From positions 25,772 through 89,771 of the forward strand of contig DASSSZ010000001.1 of the NCBI GenBank assembly GCA_035708165.1: a DNA stretch of 64,000 nt. The letters are read 5' to 3'. Source of the stretch: Minisyncoccota bacterium. GTDB lineage: Bacteria > Patescibacteriota > Minisyncoccia > Phycocordibacterales > UBA2100. Numbering within the stretch: position 1 is the stretch's first letter; each line of letters starts with the position of its first letter. Position numbers and translations under genes: made by a program. The notes beneath the pieces were generated by a model, which saw only the letters and a program-made list of their open reading frames with translations, had not been told where the DNA came from and ran no database searches. Positions 48,945-58,216 of the stretch are shown here, in pieces.

Positions 48945-49697
48945 ATGAAGAAATACCCGTTCGTTCTCGTTATCCCACTCATCGCGGCAGGCGCAGCGCT
49001 CCCCGCGACCGCGTTCGCGATGCCGATGATCAGCGCTGATGTCGGCGCGCAGGTCGGCGTTACCGCGACGGCATCCGATGCCGTCTACCACGGCGCTATG
49101 CATGGCACGGACAATGCTGCGGGCGTGCACCTTGATAGCGCGGCGGGCGCGCAGGCCGCCGTCGGCGCAGGCGCGACAGTCGCCGTGCCGCAGGCTGCCG
49201 CGAATGGCATGACGAATGCATCCAGTACCCACGAGCTCTCGAGCAGCACGGTCGGCGCGACCGTCATCCTGCCGGTGGACGTAACGACGAAGGAAGACCT
49301 GAGCGCCTACGCGAAGAGCCTGCCGGCTGAGGATCCGTCCATCGTCGGTGCCGACGCGAGCGCGGACGGATCGATTACCGTCGAGTACGCGCAGCCCGCC
49401 AAGCTCTTCGGCCTGATCCCGGTCACGATCATCTCGCACACGACCGTGACCGCGGGCGAAGACGGCAATGCCGTGGTGAAGACGACGCTCCCGTGGTGGC
49501 ATATCCTTACGAGCAGCAGCGATCTCGCATCGCTCGACAGCACGCTCGCGACCTCGCCGTCGCTTGCAGCCGACGTGACTGCCGATGCGAGCGCATCGCA
49601 GCAGGCGCAGGCGATCGCCACGATCGCCGAGGCGCTCGCCGCGCACGCCAAGGCGCAGGCGAACCTCGAAGCGACCGGCTCGGTCAACGTGCAATAA
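48945..49697 (+). CDS. secreted Ala/Thr/Ser-rich hypothetical protein (250 aa)
   Basis: signal peptide MKKYPFVLVIPLIAAGAALPATAFA; low-complexity mature region. Confidence 0.55.
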   Translation: MKKYPFVLVIPLIAAGAALPATAFAMPMISADVGAQVGVTATASDAVYHGAMHGTDNAAGVHLDSAAGAQAAVGAGATVAVPQAAANGMTNASSTHELSSSTVGATVILPVDVTTKEDLSAYAKSLPAEDPSIVGADASADGSITVEYAQPAKLFGLIPVTIISHTTVTAGEDGNAVVKTTLPWWHILTSSSDLASLDSTLATSPSLAADVTADASASQQAQAIATIAEALAAHAKAQANLEATGSVNVQ

Positions 49698-49775
49698 GTG
49701 CGACACGGAAGGGTCCGGAGGACGCCCATGGGCGTCCTTCTTTTTCCGGCGGCTATCGAGTATGCTGGAGCCACT

Positions 49776-49847
49776 CCTCTCGTCGTTCAATGGATAGGAT
49801 ACGGCCCTCCGAAGGCTGCGATGCAGGTTCGATTCCTGCCGAGAGGA
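49776..49847 (+). tRNA. tRNA-Arg (anticodon CCG)
   Basis: acceptor CCTCTCG/CGAGAGG, D-arm with two G-U pairs, anticodon arm CGGCC-CTCCGAA-GGCTG (anticodon CCG), T-arm GCAGG-TTCGATT-CCTGC, discriminator A; no encoded CCA. Confidence 0.75.
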
Positions 49848-49901
49848 CAAAAATAACGAGGGCGATGCGGAGCATCGGCTGATTATATTCTTGTACCTCA
49901 T

Positions 49902-49914
49902 GGCAGGAATCGAA
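49902..49914 (+). repeat. inverted 13-nt copy (GGCAGGAATCGAA) of the tRNA-Arg T-arm segment TTCGATTCCTGCC (49828-49840)
   Basis: exact reverse complement ~60 nt downstream of the tRNA. Confidence 0.5.
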
Positions 49915-49968
49915 GGCCGGAGCCGATAGACAAGAGCCGACCATTGCATCCGTGCTACGATAGCTTCC

Positions 49969-50478
49969 ATGAGCTCGCTTAAGATGATGCTCTCGCTTGC
50001 GCTTGCTATCGCGCTCTCAGCGATTGCGGTCCTGCTGCATGGCGCATTTACGCCATCCTTGACGCCGCTCTCGCCGCATCAGCCTGTTCCCTCGAGCGCG
50101 ATCGATTTCGTATCCTGCGCGCAGGAAGCGGGGAGCAGCGTCGAGAGCGGCACTCCTGTGATATGCCGAACGGCAGACGGGCGGGTATTCGCCGCTCCAG
50201 CGCCCGCATCGACGGCGAGCACCACTGCTCCATTCATCGGCCCGGGATGCAAGGTCGGCGGCTGCAGCAGCGAGCTCTGCGTGGATGCGGATTCGGACGA
50301 TGTGATCTCCACATGCATCGCACGGCCGCAATTCGCGTGCTACAAGACAGCGCGCTGCGAAGTGCAGCCGAGCGGGCATTGTGGCTGGACTGCAGATGCA
50401 TCGCTTACGCAGTGCATCGCGAGCACATCGCCCGATCACACGATGAGCAGCGGCTACATCCGGATGGAGGTGCAGTGA
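49969..50478 (+). CDS. secreted cysteine-rich hypothetical protein (169 aa, 11 Cys)
   Basis: signal peptide MSSLKMMLSLALAIALSAIAVLL; Cys-dense C-terminal half (CKVGGCSSELCVDADSDDVISTCIARPQFACYKTARCEVQPSGHCGW); sits between tRNA-Arg and tRNA-Ala(GGC). Confidence 0.55.
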   Translation: MSSLKMMLSLALAIALSAIAVLLHGAFTPSLTPLSPHQPVPSSAIDFVSCAQEAGSSVESGTPVICRTADGRVFAAPAPASTASTTAPFIGPGCKVGGCSSELCVDADSDDVISTCIARPQFACYKTARCEVQPSGHCGWTADASLTQCIASTSPDHTMSSGYIRMEVQ

Positions 50479-50507
50479 ATCTGCGTTTCTGCTAGGATAG
50501 TCCCCGA

Positions 50508-50580
50508 GGGCCATTAGCTCATCTGGTAGAGCGCACCCATGGCATGGGTGAGGTGAGCGGTTCGAGTCCGCTATGGTCCA
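50508..50580 (+). tRNA. tRNA-Ala (anticodon GGC)
   Basis: acceptor GGGCCAT/ATGGTCC with G3:U70, D-arm GCTC-ATCTGGTA-GAGC, anticodon arm CACCC-ATGGCAT-GGGTG, T-arm AGCGG-TTCGAGT-CCGCT, discriminator A. Confidence 0.85.
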
Positions 50581-50683
50581 CTCGTGACACGCGATCCCAA
50601 GGCGCTGCCTTGGGATCGCTGCATGCGCCGAACGATATGCGCGTCAGCGTCCTGCCCGCTCGCTCGCTCATCCCGTCAAGGCA

Positions 50684-51730
50684 GTGCATACTGCAGGCAT
50701 GCTGAAAGCGGCAGCAGCCATAGCAGCAATCGCCTTTGCGATCGGCGGCGTCTTTCTCCTGCGGGGCGGCGGCGAGGTCGCAGCTCGGAGCGATGATGCG
50801 CAGCATATTCCCGCAGCAGGGAAGCCGGCCACGATCCTCGCGTTCGGCGACCTGATGCTGGATCGCTACGTGCGCGCGGATATCGAGAAATACGGCGAGA
50901 CCTATCCTCTCCAGCTGATTGCGCCATCCTTCGCCCATGCTGATATCGTCGTCGCGAACGCGGAAGGCGTCTTCACGACGCGTCCCTCGCTCAGCATCGC
51001 CGCGACTTCGACGCTGCGCTTCACATTCGATCCTGCGATGCTGCCGGTACTGAAACGGCAAGGCATCGATGTGCTCAGCCAGGCGAACAATCATGCGGAT
51101 GATTTCGGCGCAAGCGGCCTTCTGGAGTCGCAACGGGCGATCATCGCTGCCGGCCTCGCGACCTTCGGCGACCCGTCAAACAGGAAGCCGGGCCCGTACC
51201 TGACGACGATCGAGGGCCAGCGGGTCGCATTCATCGGCTATAACCAGTTCACCGGCGGGGGAGATGCGAGCGTGCGTGCCGCGATCGCCGACGCGAAGGC
51301 GCTCGGCGCATTCGTCATCGTCTATCCGCACTGGGGGATCGAATACGATTCGGCGTTCACCCCGCTGCAGCAGGAGGAGGCGCACCGATTCGTCGATGCC
51401 GGAGCGGATGCCGTGCTCGGCAGTCATCCGCACGTGATCGAGCCGATCGAGCTCTATCATGGCAAGCCGATCTTCTACTCGCTCGGCAATTTCATCTTCG
51501 ACCAGGCGCCGGACGGCCCGACCGCCGAGGGCCTCGCAGTCTCGATCGCGCTCTCGAGCACGACGGCGAGCTATCGGCTCCTGCCCTTCGCGATCCGCCA
51601 CGCCCAAGTGGTGCCGATGGACAGCGAGGATGCCAGAGCGGCTCTTGCCGCGATCGCGAGCAGCACCGAAGCCGCGCTCGGCAGGCAGCCGCCGGGGCTC
51701 GCGAGCGGGATGTTCAGCGTTCCTCGGTAA
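50684..51730 (+). CDS. CapA/PgsA-family metallophosphatase-like protein (poly-gamma-glutamate capsule synthesis family)
   Basis: N-terminal TM, then ILAFGDLMLDR...GNHADDFG...VIVYPHWGIEYD...GSHPHV motifs. Confidence 0.75.
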   Translation: MHTAGMLKAAAAIAAIAFAIGGVFLLRGGGEVAARSDDAQHIPAAGKPATILAFGDLMLDRYVRADIEKYGETYPLQLIAPSFAHADIVVANAEGVFTTRPSLSIAATSTLRFTFDPAMLPVLKRQGIDVLSQANNHADDFGASGLLESQRAIIAAGLATFGDPSNRKPGPYLTTIEGQRVAFIGYNQFTGGGDASVRAAIADAKALGAFVIVYPHWGIEYDSAFTPLQQEEAHRFVDAGADAVLGSHPHVIEPIELYHGKPIFYSLGNFIFDQAPDGPTAEGLAVSIALSSTTASYRLLPFAIRHAQVVPMDSEDARAALAAIASSTEAALGRQPPGLASGMFSVPR

Positions 51731-51788
51731 AAAGGACGGCCGGCGCGTATGGCGCCGGCCGGAGGGGTGAAGAAAGAGCAATGGCCGT

Positions 51789-52055
51789 TCAGTTACCCGT
51801 GTGCCGCCGCGCACCGGCACAGAGACGCAACGAGCGAAACGCGAGCAGGGCTTCGATGCCATACGTCATGGCTGCGAGCGCCAGCGCATAGGGGAGCGCC
51901 GACGTACCGAGCGCGGCCAGCACCATGCCGGCCTGCATGAGCGCCCATGAGAGCCGCAGGAACGGAGCGAAGAATGCGAGCAGGTCCAGCGTATCGTGCG
52001 TGACGCGTACGGCATGATGCGCGAGCGGATGGAGCCGCCGCAGAAAAGGATGCAT
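51789..52055 (-). CDS. small hydrophobic hypothetical protein (88 aa)
   Basis: in-frame ATG (MHPFLRRLHPLAHH...) with two predicted TM segments; weak. Confidence 0.25.
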   Translation of the reverse strand: MHPFLRRLHPLAHHAVRVTHDTLDLLAFFAPFLRLSWALMQAGMVLAALGTSALPYALALAAMTYGIEALLAFRSLRLCAGARRHTGN

Positions 52056-52153
52056 AGATGTGGCCTCCTGATGCTTCCGGACGAATACTCGCGTCTCCCG
52101 CATGCCGTGTCAAATTGTGGAAAAAGAAAAGGACGCGCGTACGCGTCCTTCCA

Positions 52154-52444
52154 TCAGTCGTGCCGGTCATCTGCACGGTTCGCCGCGAAGACAGCGCCTA
52201 CCGCGTGCTTCGCGGCATGCATCTCGTCGTCGGACATGTCGCCGAATTCGACGGCGATCCAATGCTCCATCCGCTGCTCGAACAGGCGCCGAAGCTCAGG
52301 ATGGCTGCCGTATTCGTTCGCCAGGCTCTGCGCCGCATCCGCGATGGCATCGGGCATGAGGACCGTGCCGTACTGCTCGTTCGCATCGCGGAGCGCAGGC
52401 CCGAGGCCGTGCCAGGGATTGAACCTACGATGCGATGCGGGCAT
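52154..52444 (-). CDS. hypothetical protein, downstream member of the overlapping ORF pair (possible frameshifted gene)
   Basis: MPASHRRFNPWHGLGPALRDANEQYGTVLMPDAIADAAQSLANEYGSHPELRRLFEQRMEHWIAVEFGDMSDDEMHAAKHAVGAVFA... Confidence 0.3.
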   Translation of the reverse strand: MPASHRRFNPWHGLGPALRDANEQYGTVLMPDAIADAAQSLANEYGSHPELRRLFEQRMEHWIAVEFGDMSDDEMHAAKHAVGAVFAANRADDRHD

Positions 52445-52694
52445 GGAGCTGCCGCAAGCGCGTGCGTGCCGCGGCACGCAGCGTGCGCACCACGATGCTC
52501 CGCCGGTTGATTTCCGCCTTGATCCCGCGCTTCCTCCGTGCGAGAGAAGCGGGGTCGGTGACGCCGTTGCCGCGGAGCACCTCGTCGGCCGTCCGCATCC
52601 AGACGCCGATCCGCGTGCGATCACGCCCTTCGCGTGCGATGCGGGCAGCGATGCGGTCGACGTATTCCGAGTCAGTGGGATTCAGATAACTCAT
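52425..52694 (-). CDS. hypothetical protein, upstream member of an overlapping out-of-frame ORF pair
   Basis: MSYLNPTDSEYVDRIAARIAREGRDRTRIGVWMRTADEVLRG...; its stop overlaps the start region of 52154..52444 by 20 nt in another frame. Confidence 0.3.
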   Translation of the reverse strand: MSYLNPTDSEYVDRIAARIAREGRDRTRIGVWMRTADEVLRGNGVTDPASLARRKRGIKAEINRRSIVVRTLRAAARTRLRQLHARIAS

Positions 52695-52803
52695 CATGCA
52701 TTCCTTCTGCCTGATGAAACCTGAATGAATTATACAACATGAATAGAAAAAGTCCACCCATTGCGCGGACGTACAGCGGCTTCCTTGCGGGAAGCATCGA
52801 CAC

Positions 52804-53259
52804 TCAGGCGCGGAGCTTCTCGGTGACCGCCTCTTTCACGAGCGCGCCATCGGCATTGCCGCCGAGCTCGCTCATGACCGCGCCCATGAGCTTGCCCATG
52901 GCGGCCTTATCGCCGGGCGTGACGCCAGCCATGTGCTTCTCGATGGCTGCCTCGATCGCCTCGCGGGTTGCCATGGCCGGCAGGTAGGCTTCGATGATAG
53001 CGAGCTCTGCGCGCTCGGCTTCGGCGAGCTCCGGGCGATTGCCTGCGGTGAACTGCTCGATCGAATCCTTGCGCTGCTTCGCAAGGCGCTTGAGCACAGC
53101 GATCGCATCAGCATCCTCGAGCTGCTCGGTCGGCTTCCTTCCTTTGGCGACGAGCTCGTTCGTGAAGGCCGTGAGAGCGCCGCGCAGCGTCGCGAGGCGC
53201 GTCGCGTCCTTCGCCTTCATCGCGGCGATCATATCCTCGCGGATCGTCTGAGTCAGCAT
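52804..53259 (-). CDS. GatB/YqeY domain protein
   Basis: MLTQTIREDMIAAMKAKD...LRGALTAFTNELVAKGR...EAYLP is the conserved YqeY N-terminal pattern. Confidence 0.85.
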   Translation of the reverse strand: MLTQTIREDMIAAMKAKDATRLATLRGALTAFTNELVAKGRKPTEQLEDADAIAVLKRLAKQRKDSIEQFTAGNRPELAEAERAELAIIEAYLPAMATREAIEAAIEKHMAGVTPGDKAAMGKLMGAVMSELGGNADGALVKEAVTEKLRA

Positions 53260-53346
53260 GATGCAGCCATAGTAGCACTCCGCATCGGGGCAGCAAATGG
53301 GGAATGCGCGTGAGGTGCGCGGCGCGGATACCCTATACTAAGGCGC

Positions 53347-56040
53347 ATGGCACGACCGGTACCCGAATGGCATGCGCTCTCAGCAGCGGACGTCGCGCGC
53401 GCGTTCTCCCTCGATCCTGCGCGCGGGCTCTCGGACGAGGAAGTCGCTGATGCGCGAGCGTCGTACGGTGCGAACGAGCTTGGCGGGAGCTCGCCCCTGC
53501 GGCTCGCGCGCGTGATCGCGCGCCTCCTCAGCAGCCCGCTCTCGCTCGTCTTGATCGCTGTCGGCGCGGCGGCAGTCTTCCTCGCAGCGTGGGTGGATGT
53601 GGCGGTGATTGCCGTCGTCCTTCTCGTCAACGTCCTCGTCGGCACGATCCAGGAGGGCAGGGCGCGGCACGTCTTCGAGACGCTGGCCACCTCGCAGCGG
53701 CACGATGCCGTGGTGCTGCGCAACGGCATCCGGCAGGTGATCCCTGCACGCGAGATCGTCCCTGGCGACGTGCTTATCATCGAAGGCGGCAAGGCTATCG
53801 CTGCGGATGCGCGCCTCATCGCAGCCGCTGATCTGGCCGTGAACGAAGCCGCGCTGACCGGCGAGTGGATCGCCGTGCATAAGCAGGTGGATCCCGTCCG
53901 GCCGCATGCATCCATAAGCGAGCAGGACGACATGGTCTGGAGCGGTACGACCGCGGTCGCCGGCTTCGGCACTGCGATCGTCGTCGCGACCGGCAAGGCG
54001 ACAGCGCTCGGGCATACGGCCGCGCACCTGCACGACGATGACGCGGAGAGCACGCTGCAGCAGAGCGTGAGCAATCTCGCGCGCATACTCATGATCTGCG
54101 TCGGCGTCGCGGTCTGCGCCATCACCGCCATCGGGCTCGCGCAGGGCATCCCGTTCGCGAGCATCATCCTGACCGGCATCGCGCTCGGCGTCGCCGTCAT
54201 GCCGGAGGGCCTGCCTGCAGCAGTGACGATCGTGCTCGCTGTCGGCGTCGAGACGATTCTCAAGCACGGAGGCCTCGTGCGCAATCTCAACGCCGCGGAG
54301 ACGCTCGGCTCGACGACCTACATCATCACCGACAAGACCGGGACGCTCACCACCGGGCAGATGTCGCTCGCGGGGCTCTACTCGGTGCGCGGCATGGCCA
54401 AGCAGGACACGTCGCTCGACGGCGGCGATAATCACGCGCTGCTGGCGAAAGCGATCCTGGCATCGGACGCATTCGTCGTCGAGCATGACGGCGAGCTGGC
54501 CGTGGAAGGGCGCCCGATCGAGCGAGCGCTCGTCATGGCGGGGCTGCGCGCCGGCATCGCGCAGCAGGAGCTCTTCGCCAGCGGGCACGCCCGTCGCGGC
54601 TTCCTGCAGTTCGAAGCGAGCCGCCGGTACGCCGTATCGCGCAATGAGACGGAGCGGGGAGATGAGTGGATCTTCACAGGCTCTCCTGAGATCCTGCTCG
54701 CCGCCTCGAGTCGCGTTCTTGCGATGGATGGCGCGCGGGAGCTCGAGCCAGCCGTACGCGAGAAGTTCGAGGCAGTGCAGCGGCGCGAGAGCGCGCACGG
54801 CAACCGCTTCATCGGCATCGCGACCGCGACAGCGCCCCGCGAAGGCGGCTTTCCCGATGGCGTGCGGCTCGGCACTGAGCTGCCGCAGCTTACGTTCGTC
54901 GGAATGATTGCGTTCGCTGACACTGTCCGCCCCGATGCTGCCGCCGAGATCGCGAGCGCGCAGGCTGCAGGCCTACGCGTCATCATGGCGACCGGCGATT
55001 ATGCGGAGACCGCGCGGATCGTCGCGCGCGCGGTCGGGATCGATGCCGGCAGCGTGGTGAGCGGCCCGGAAGCGGAAGCCCTCGACGATGCGAAGCTCCT
55101 CGCGGTCCTGCGCGGCGGCGCCATCTTCGCACGCGTCCTGCCGGAGCAGAAGCTGCGGATGGTGCGCGTCCTGCGCGATGCAGGGGAGACGGTCGCCATG
55201 ACCGGTGACGGCGTGAACGACGCGCCGGCGCTCGTCTCCGCCGATATCGGCATCGCGATCGGAAGCGGCACCGACGTGGCGAAAGAAGCCGCCGATATCG
55301 TGCTCCTCGGGGATTCCTTCAGCGTCATTCCGGCGGCGATCGAGGAGGGAAGGCGCATCGGCGATAATCTCCGCAAGATCGTCGGTTACCTGCTCTCCAC
55401 GAGCTTCAGCGAGCTGTTCATCATCGCCGCGTCATTGGTCGCGCACGCCGCGTTGCCGCTGCTCCCTACGCAGATCCTCTGGGCGAACGTGATCCAGGAA
55501 GGCATCATGACCTTCCCGTTCGCCTTCGAGCCAGCCGAGCGCGACGTGATGCGCCGCACGCCGCGCAAGGCGGGCGAGGAAATGGTGCTCACCTCCTCGC
55601 TGAAGAAACTCATCGTCTTCACGGCAATCATGACCGGGCTCGTCGTGCTCTGCCTCTACGCCATCCTCGCATGGCTCGGCACCGCGCTGCCGGAGATCCG
55701 CACCGTGCTGTTCGTCGCGCTTACGCTCGACTCGCTCCTGTATGTCTTCGCCTTCAAGGACCTGCACCGGCCGATCTGGCGCATCGATTTCCGCAGCAAT
55801 CGCCTCATCGTGCTCGCGGCGGGCACGAACTTCCTGATCCTCATGGCGAGCCTCACGCTGCCGCCGCTGCGATCCCTGCTCACGCTTGCGCCGCTAACCA
55901 TCGTGGACCTCGCGCTGCTGGTGCTGCTCGCCTGCGCGAACCTCGCGACCATCGAGACGGCGAAAGCACTCTTCTTCCGGAATGAAACGGCGCACGCGCG
56001 CACGCCGGCGCCTGCAGCCGCGCTCGCGCAGGGCCAGTAG
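53347..56040 (+). CDS. cation-transporting P-type ATPase (type IIA, Ca2+/Mg2+-like)
   Basis: N-terminal cation-ATPase domain; phosphorylation site ICSDKTGTLT (here IITDKTGTLT); hinge TGDGVNDAPAL; 10 TM helices; ~897 aa. Confidence 0.9.
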   Translation: MARPVPEWHALSAADVARAFSLDPARGLSDEEVADARASYGANELGGSSPLRLARVIARLLSSPLSLVLIAVGAAAVFLAAWVDVAVIAVVLLVNVLVGTIQEGRARHVFETLATSQRHDAVVLRNGIRQVIPAREIVPGDVLIIEGGKAIAADARLIAAADLAVNEAALTGEWIAVHKQVDPVRPHASISEQDDMVWSGTTAVAGFGTAIVVATGKATALGHTAAHLHDDDAESTLQQSVSNLARILMICVGVAVCAITAIGLAQGIPFASIILTGIALGVAVMPEGLPAAVTIVLAVGVETILKHGGLVRNLNAAETLGSTTYIITDKTGTLTTGQMSLAGLYSVRGMAKQDTSLDGGDNHALLAKAILASDAFVVEHDGELAVEGRPIERALVMAGLRAGIAQQELFASGHARRGFLQFEASRRYAVSRNETERGDEWIFTGSPEILLAASSRVLAMDGARELEPAVREKFEAVQRRESAHGNRFIGIATATAPREGGFPDGVRLGTELPQLTFVGMIAFADTVRPDAAAEIASAQAAGLRVIMATGDYAETARIVARAVGIDAGSVVSGPEAEALDDAKLLAVLRGGAIFARVLPEQKLRMVRVLRDAGETVAMTGDGVNDAPALVSADIGIAIGSGTDVAKEAADIVLLGDSFSVIPAAIEEGRRIGDNLRKIVGYLLSTSFSELFIIAASLVAHAALPLLPTQILWANVIQEGIMTFPFAFEPAERDVMRRTPRKAGEEMVLTSSLKKLIVFTAIMTGLVVLCLYAILAWLGTALPEIRTVLFVALTLDSLLYVFAFKDLHRPIWRIDFRSNRLIVLAAGTNFLILMASLTLPPLRSLLTLAPLTIVDLALLVLLACANLATIETAKALFFRNETAHARTPAPAAALAQGQ

Positions 56041-56098
56041 CACACGCCGCGTCCCGAGCCGCGCTCGCGCAGGGCGCAGCATGCTATAGTTCGACCGT

Positions 56099-57136
56099 AT
56101 GGAATGGCTCATCATCGCGCTCCTTGCTGCGGTCCTCGCCGCGCTCGTGTTCCTTATCGCCCGCAGGCAGCCGGCGCCTGCGCGCGATACCGAGAGCCTG
56201 GTACTGCTCCAGAACCAGCTGCAAGACCTCAGCCGCGCCGTCGAATCGAGGATCGGCGAGGGTCAGGATCGCATGTTCGAAGGCATGCAGCGGCAAATGG
56301 GGGAGTCGGCGCGCCTCATCCGCGAGATCACGCAGGAGATCACGAGCGTGAAGGAGATCGGCCGCCAGACCCAAGGCTTCGCCGAACAGCTCCAGAGCCT
56401 GCAGGACATCCTCAAGAACCCGAAGCAGCGCGGCATTCTCGGCGAGTACTATCTCGAGACGGTGCTCCGCAACGTCTTGCCGCCCGGCATGTACCAGATC
56501 CAGTACCCCTTCAGGAACGGCGAGATCGTGGATGCGGCGGTCTTCGTGAACGAGAAGATCGTTCCGGTAGACTCGAAATTCTCGCTCGATAACTACAATC
56601 GCTACGCAGGAGCAGCTCCCGAGGACAAGGAGGCGATGGAGAAGGCCTTCGTGAATGACCTCAAGCTGCGCATCACCGAGACGGCGAAATACATCCGCCC
56701 CGAGGAAGGCACCATGGATTTCGCGTTCATGTTCATCCCGAGTGAGGGCATCTACTACGACCTCCTGACGAACCAGGTCGGCGGCGGGGAGGAAGAGAAC
56801 CTGATCGAGCGCGCAGCACGCAAGTACAAGGTGATCATCGTGTCGCCGACCTCGTTCCTGGCATACCTGCAGACCGTGCTGCAGGGACTCAAGGCGCTCC
56901 AGATCGAGCAGAAAGCCGTCGAGATCCAGAAGCGCGTCGGCGAGCTCGGCAAGCATCTCGCCTCCTATAGCGAGTACTACAGCAAGCTGGGAAAGACGCT
57001 CTCGACGACCGTCTCCCACTACAATGCGGGCGCCAAGGAGCTCGGGAAGATCGATAAGGACGTGCTGCGCATCACCGGCGAATCCGTCGAGATCGCAACC
57101 GAGCTCCTGGAGAAGCCTGACCTCGACGAGGCCTGA
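56099..57136 (+). CDS. rmuC: DNA recombination protein RmuC
   Basis: N-terminal TM plus long coiled coil, C-terminal RmuC nuclease-like domain (FAFMFIPSEGIYYDLL...VIIVSPTSFLAYLQTV); TGCTATAGT 7 nt upstream. Confidence 0.85.
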   Translation: MEWLIIALLAAVLAALVFLIARRQPAPARDTESLVLLQNQLQDLSRAVESRIGEGQDRMFEGMQRQMGESARLIREITQEITSVKEIGRQTQGFAEQLQSLQDILKNPKQRGILGEYYLETVLRNVLPPGMYQIQYPFRNGEIVDAAVFVNEKIVPVDSKFSLDNYNRYAGAAPEDKEAMEKAFVNDLKLRITETAKYIRPEEGTMDFAFMFIPSEGIYYDLLTNQVGGGEEENLIERAARKYKVIIVSPTSFLAYLQTVLQGLKALQIEQKAVEIQKRVGELGKHLASYSEYYSKLGKTLSTTVSHYNAGAKELGKIDKDVLRITGESVEIATELLEKPDLDEA

Positions 57137-57211
57137 TCCCGCCGAGCTGCGTCCCTTGCGCGCAGGGACCGGCTTGCCTTCGGACGCCATCTGTCGTAGA
57201 ATGCCGGAACT

Positions 57212-57526
57212 ATGGCTAAGACAGCAGTTATCGCTACGGGCGGGAAGCAGTATGTCGTTCGCGAGAACGATGTCATTTCCGTCGAGAAGCTCGGCAAGGA
57301 GGCCGGCGAGACGATCACCTTCGATGAAGTCCTCCTCACGGATGATGGCGCGACGGCGTCCATCGGCACGCCGACGGTGAGCGGCGCAAGCGTCACCGGC
57401 GAGGTGCTTGAGAACGGCCTCGGCAAGAAGCTCCTGGTGCAGCGCTATCGCCAGAAGAGCCGCTCCTTCAAGAGGAAGGGCCACCGCCAGCCGTACACCA
57501 AGGTGAAGATCACCAGCATCAAGTAA
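57212..57526 (+). CDS. rplU: 50S ribosomal protein L21
   Basis: MAKTAVIATGGKQYVVRENDVISVEKL... and C-terminal GHRQPYTKVKITSI. Confidence 0.95.
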   Translation: MAKTAVIATGGKQYVVRENDVISVEKLGKEAGETITFDEVLLTDDGATASIGTPTVSGASVTGEVLENGLGKKLLVQRYRQKSRSFKRKGHRQPYTKVKITSIK

Positions 57527-57532
57527 GCACGC

Positions 57533-57557
57533 ATCCCGCCTTCGGCGGGATTTGCAT
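57533..57557 (+). terminator. intrinsic terminator after rplU (TCCCGCC ttcg GCGGGAT plus TTGCATT)
   Basis: hairpin 7 nt after the rplU stop. Confidence 0.5.
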
Positions 57558-57595
57558 TCATGGCCTCGCTGCGTACCATACGGGGAGCGAGTTCA

Positions 57596-58207
57596 ATGGA
57601 GGATGCAATGAGAGCGAGCATGCCGCGCGAGCGGATAGGATCGCATCGCAAGCGTGACGAGCGCACGCACTGGTATAACAGCGAACCCATCGACGACGAG
57701 CTGCAGATCTACGACCTGCTGCACTACGAGCGCTACTACGATCATGACTACCGCACCCGGTACCTCAGGCAGCGGCAGGGCAGCAGCGAGCTCGAGCTCG
57801 TGGTGCAATGGCGCGAGGACGGCGGCGGCGATTCGGCGTTCGATTATTTCGACCTCGATCAGGACCTCGTGCAGCGGCTGATCGAGGAGCAGATGCTCGC
57901 GCCGTACCGGCAGCCGTATCCCGGCGGATACGAGCTCCGCTACGGCACGTGGCAGATGAGCATGTTCGGCAGGGACCGCCGCCTCGCATTGCAGCGCGAG
58001 GTACTCGTGCGCGCGCATGACCTCATCGAGAAGCGGCGGGGCAGCGCCTCGGGACACCTCGCGCTCGCGCGCGAGCGGATGTCCATCTCGCGTGCGCGGC
58101 TGCATGGCCGATACGGCGAGCTCCATGCGAAGTTCCCGTCGCTCTCGGGGCCGAGCATCGAGACCCTTATCGTGAATCTCGCGACCGGCGAAATCACGGA
58201 GACGTAA
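57596..58207 (+). CDS. hypothetical Tyr/Arg/Asp-rich protein (203 aa) occupying the position usually taken by L27
   Basis: GGGGAG 8 nt before ATG (MEDAMRASMPR...); aromatic and charged repeats (YDLLHYERYYDHDYRTRYLRQRQ); no family recognised. Confidence 0.45.
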   Translation: MEDAMRASMPRERIGSHRKRDERTHWYNSEPIDDELQIYDLLHYERYYDHDYRTRYLRQRQGSSELELVVQWREDGGGDSAFDYFDLDQDLVQRLIEEQMLAPYRQPYPGGYELRYGTWQMSMFGRDRRLALQREVLVRAHDLIEKRRGSASGHLALARERMSISRARLHGRYGELHAKFPSLSGPSIETLIVNLATGEITET

Positions 58208-58216
58208 GCAGTACAT

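Noticed and set aside
53380-54798. 472-aa minus-strand ORF
   Set aside because: Antisense to the P-type ATPase.
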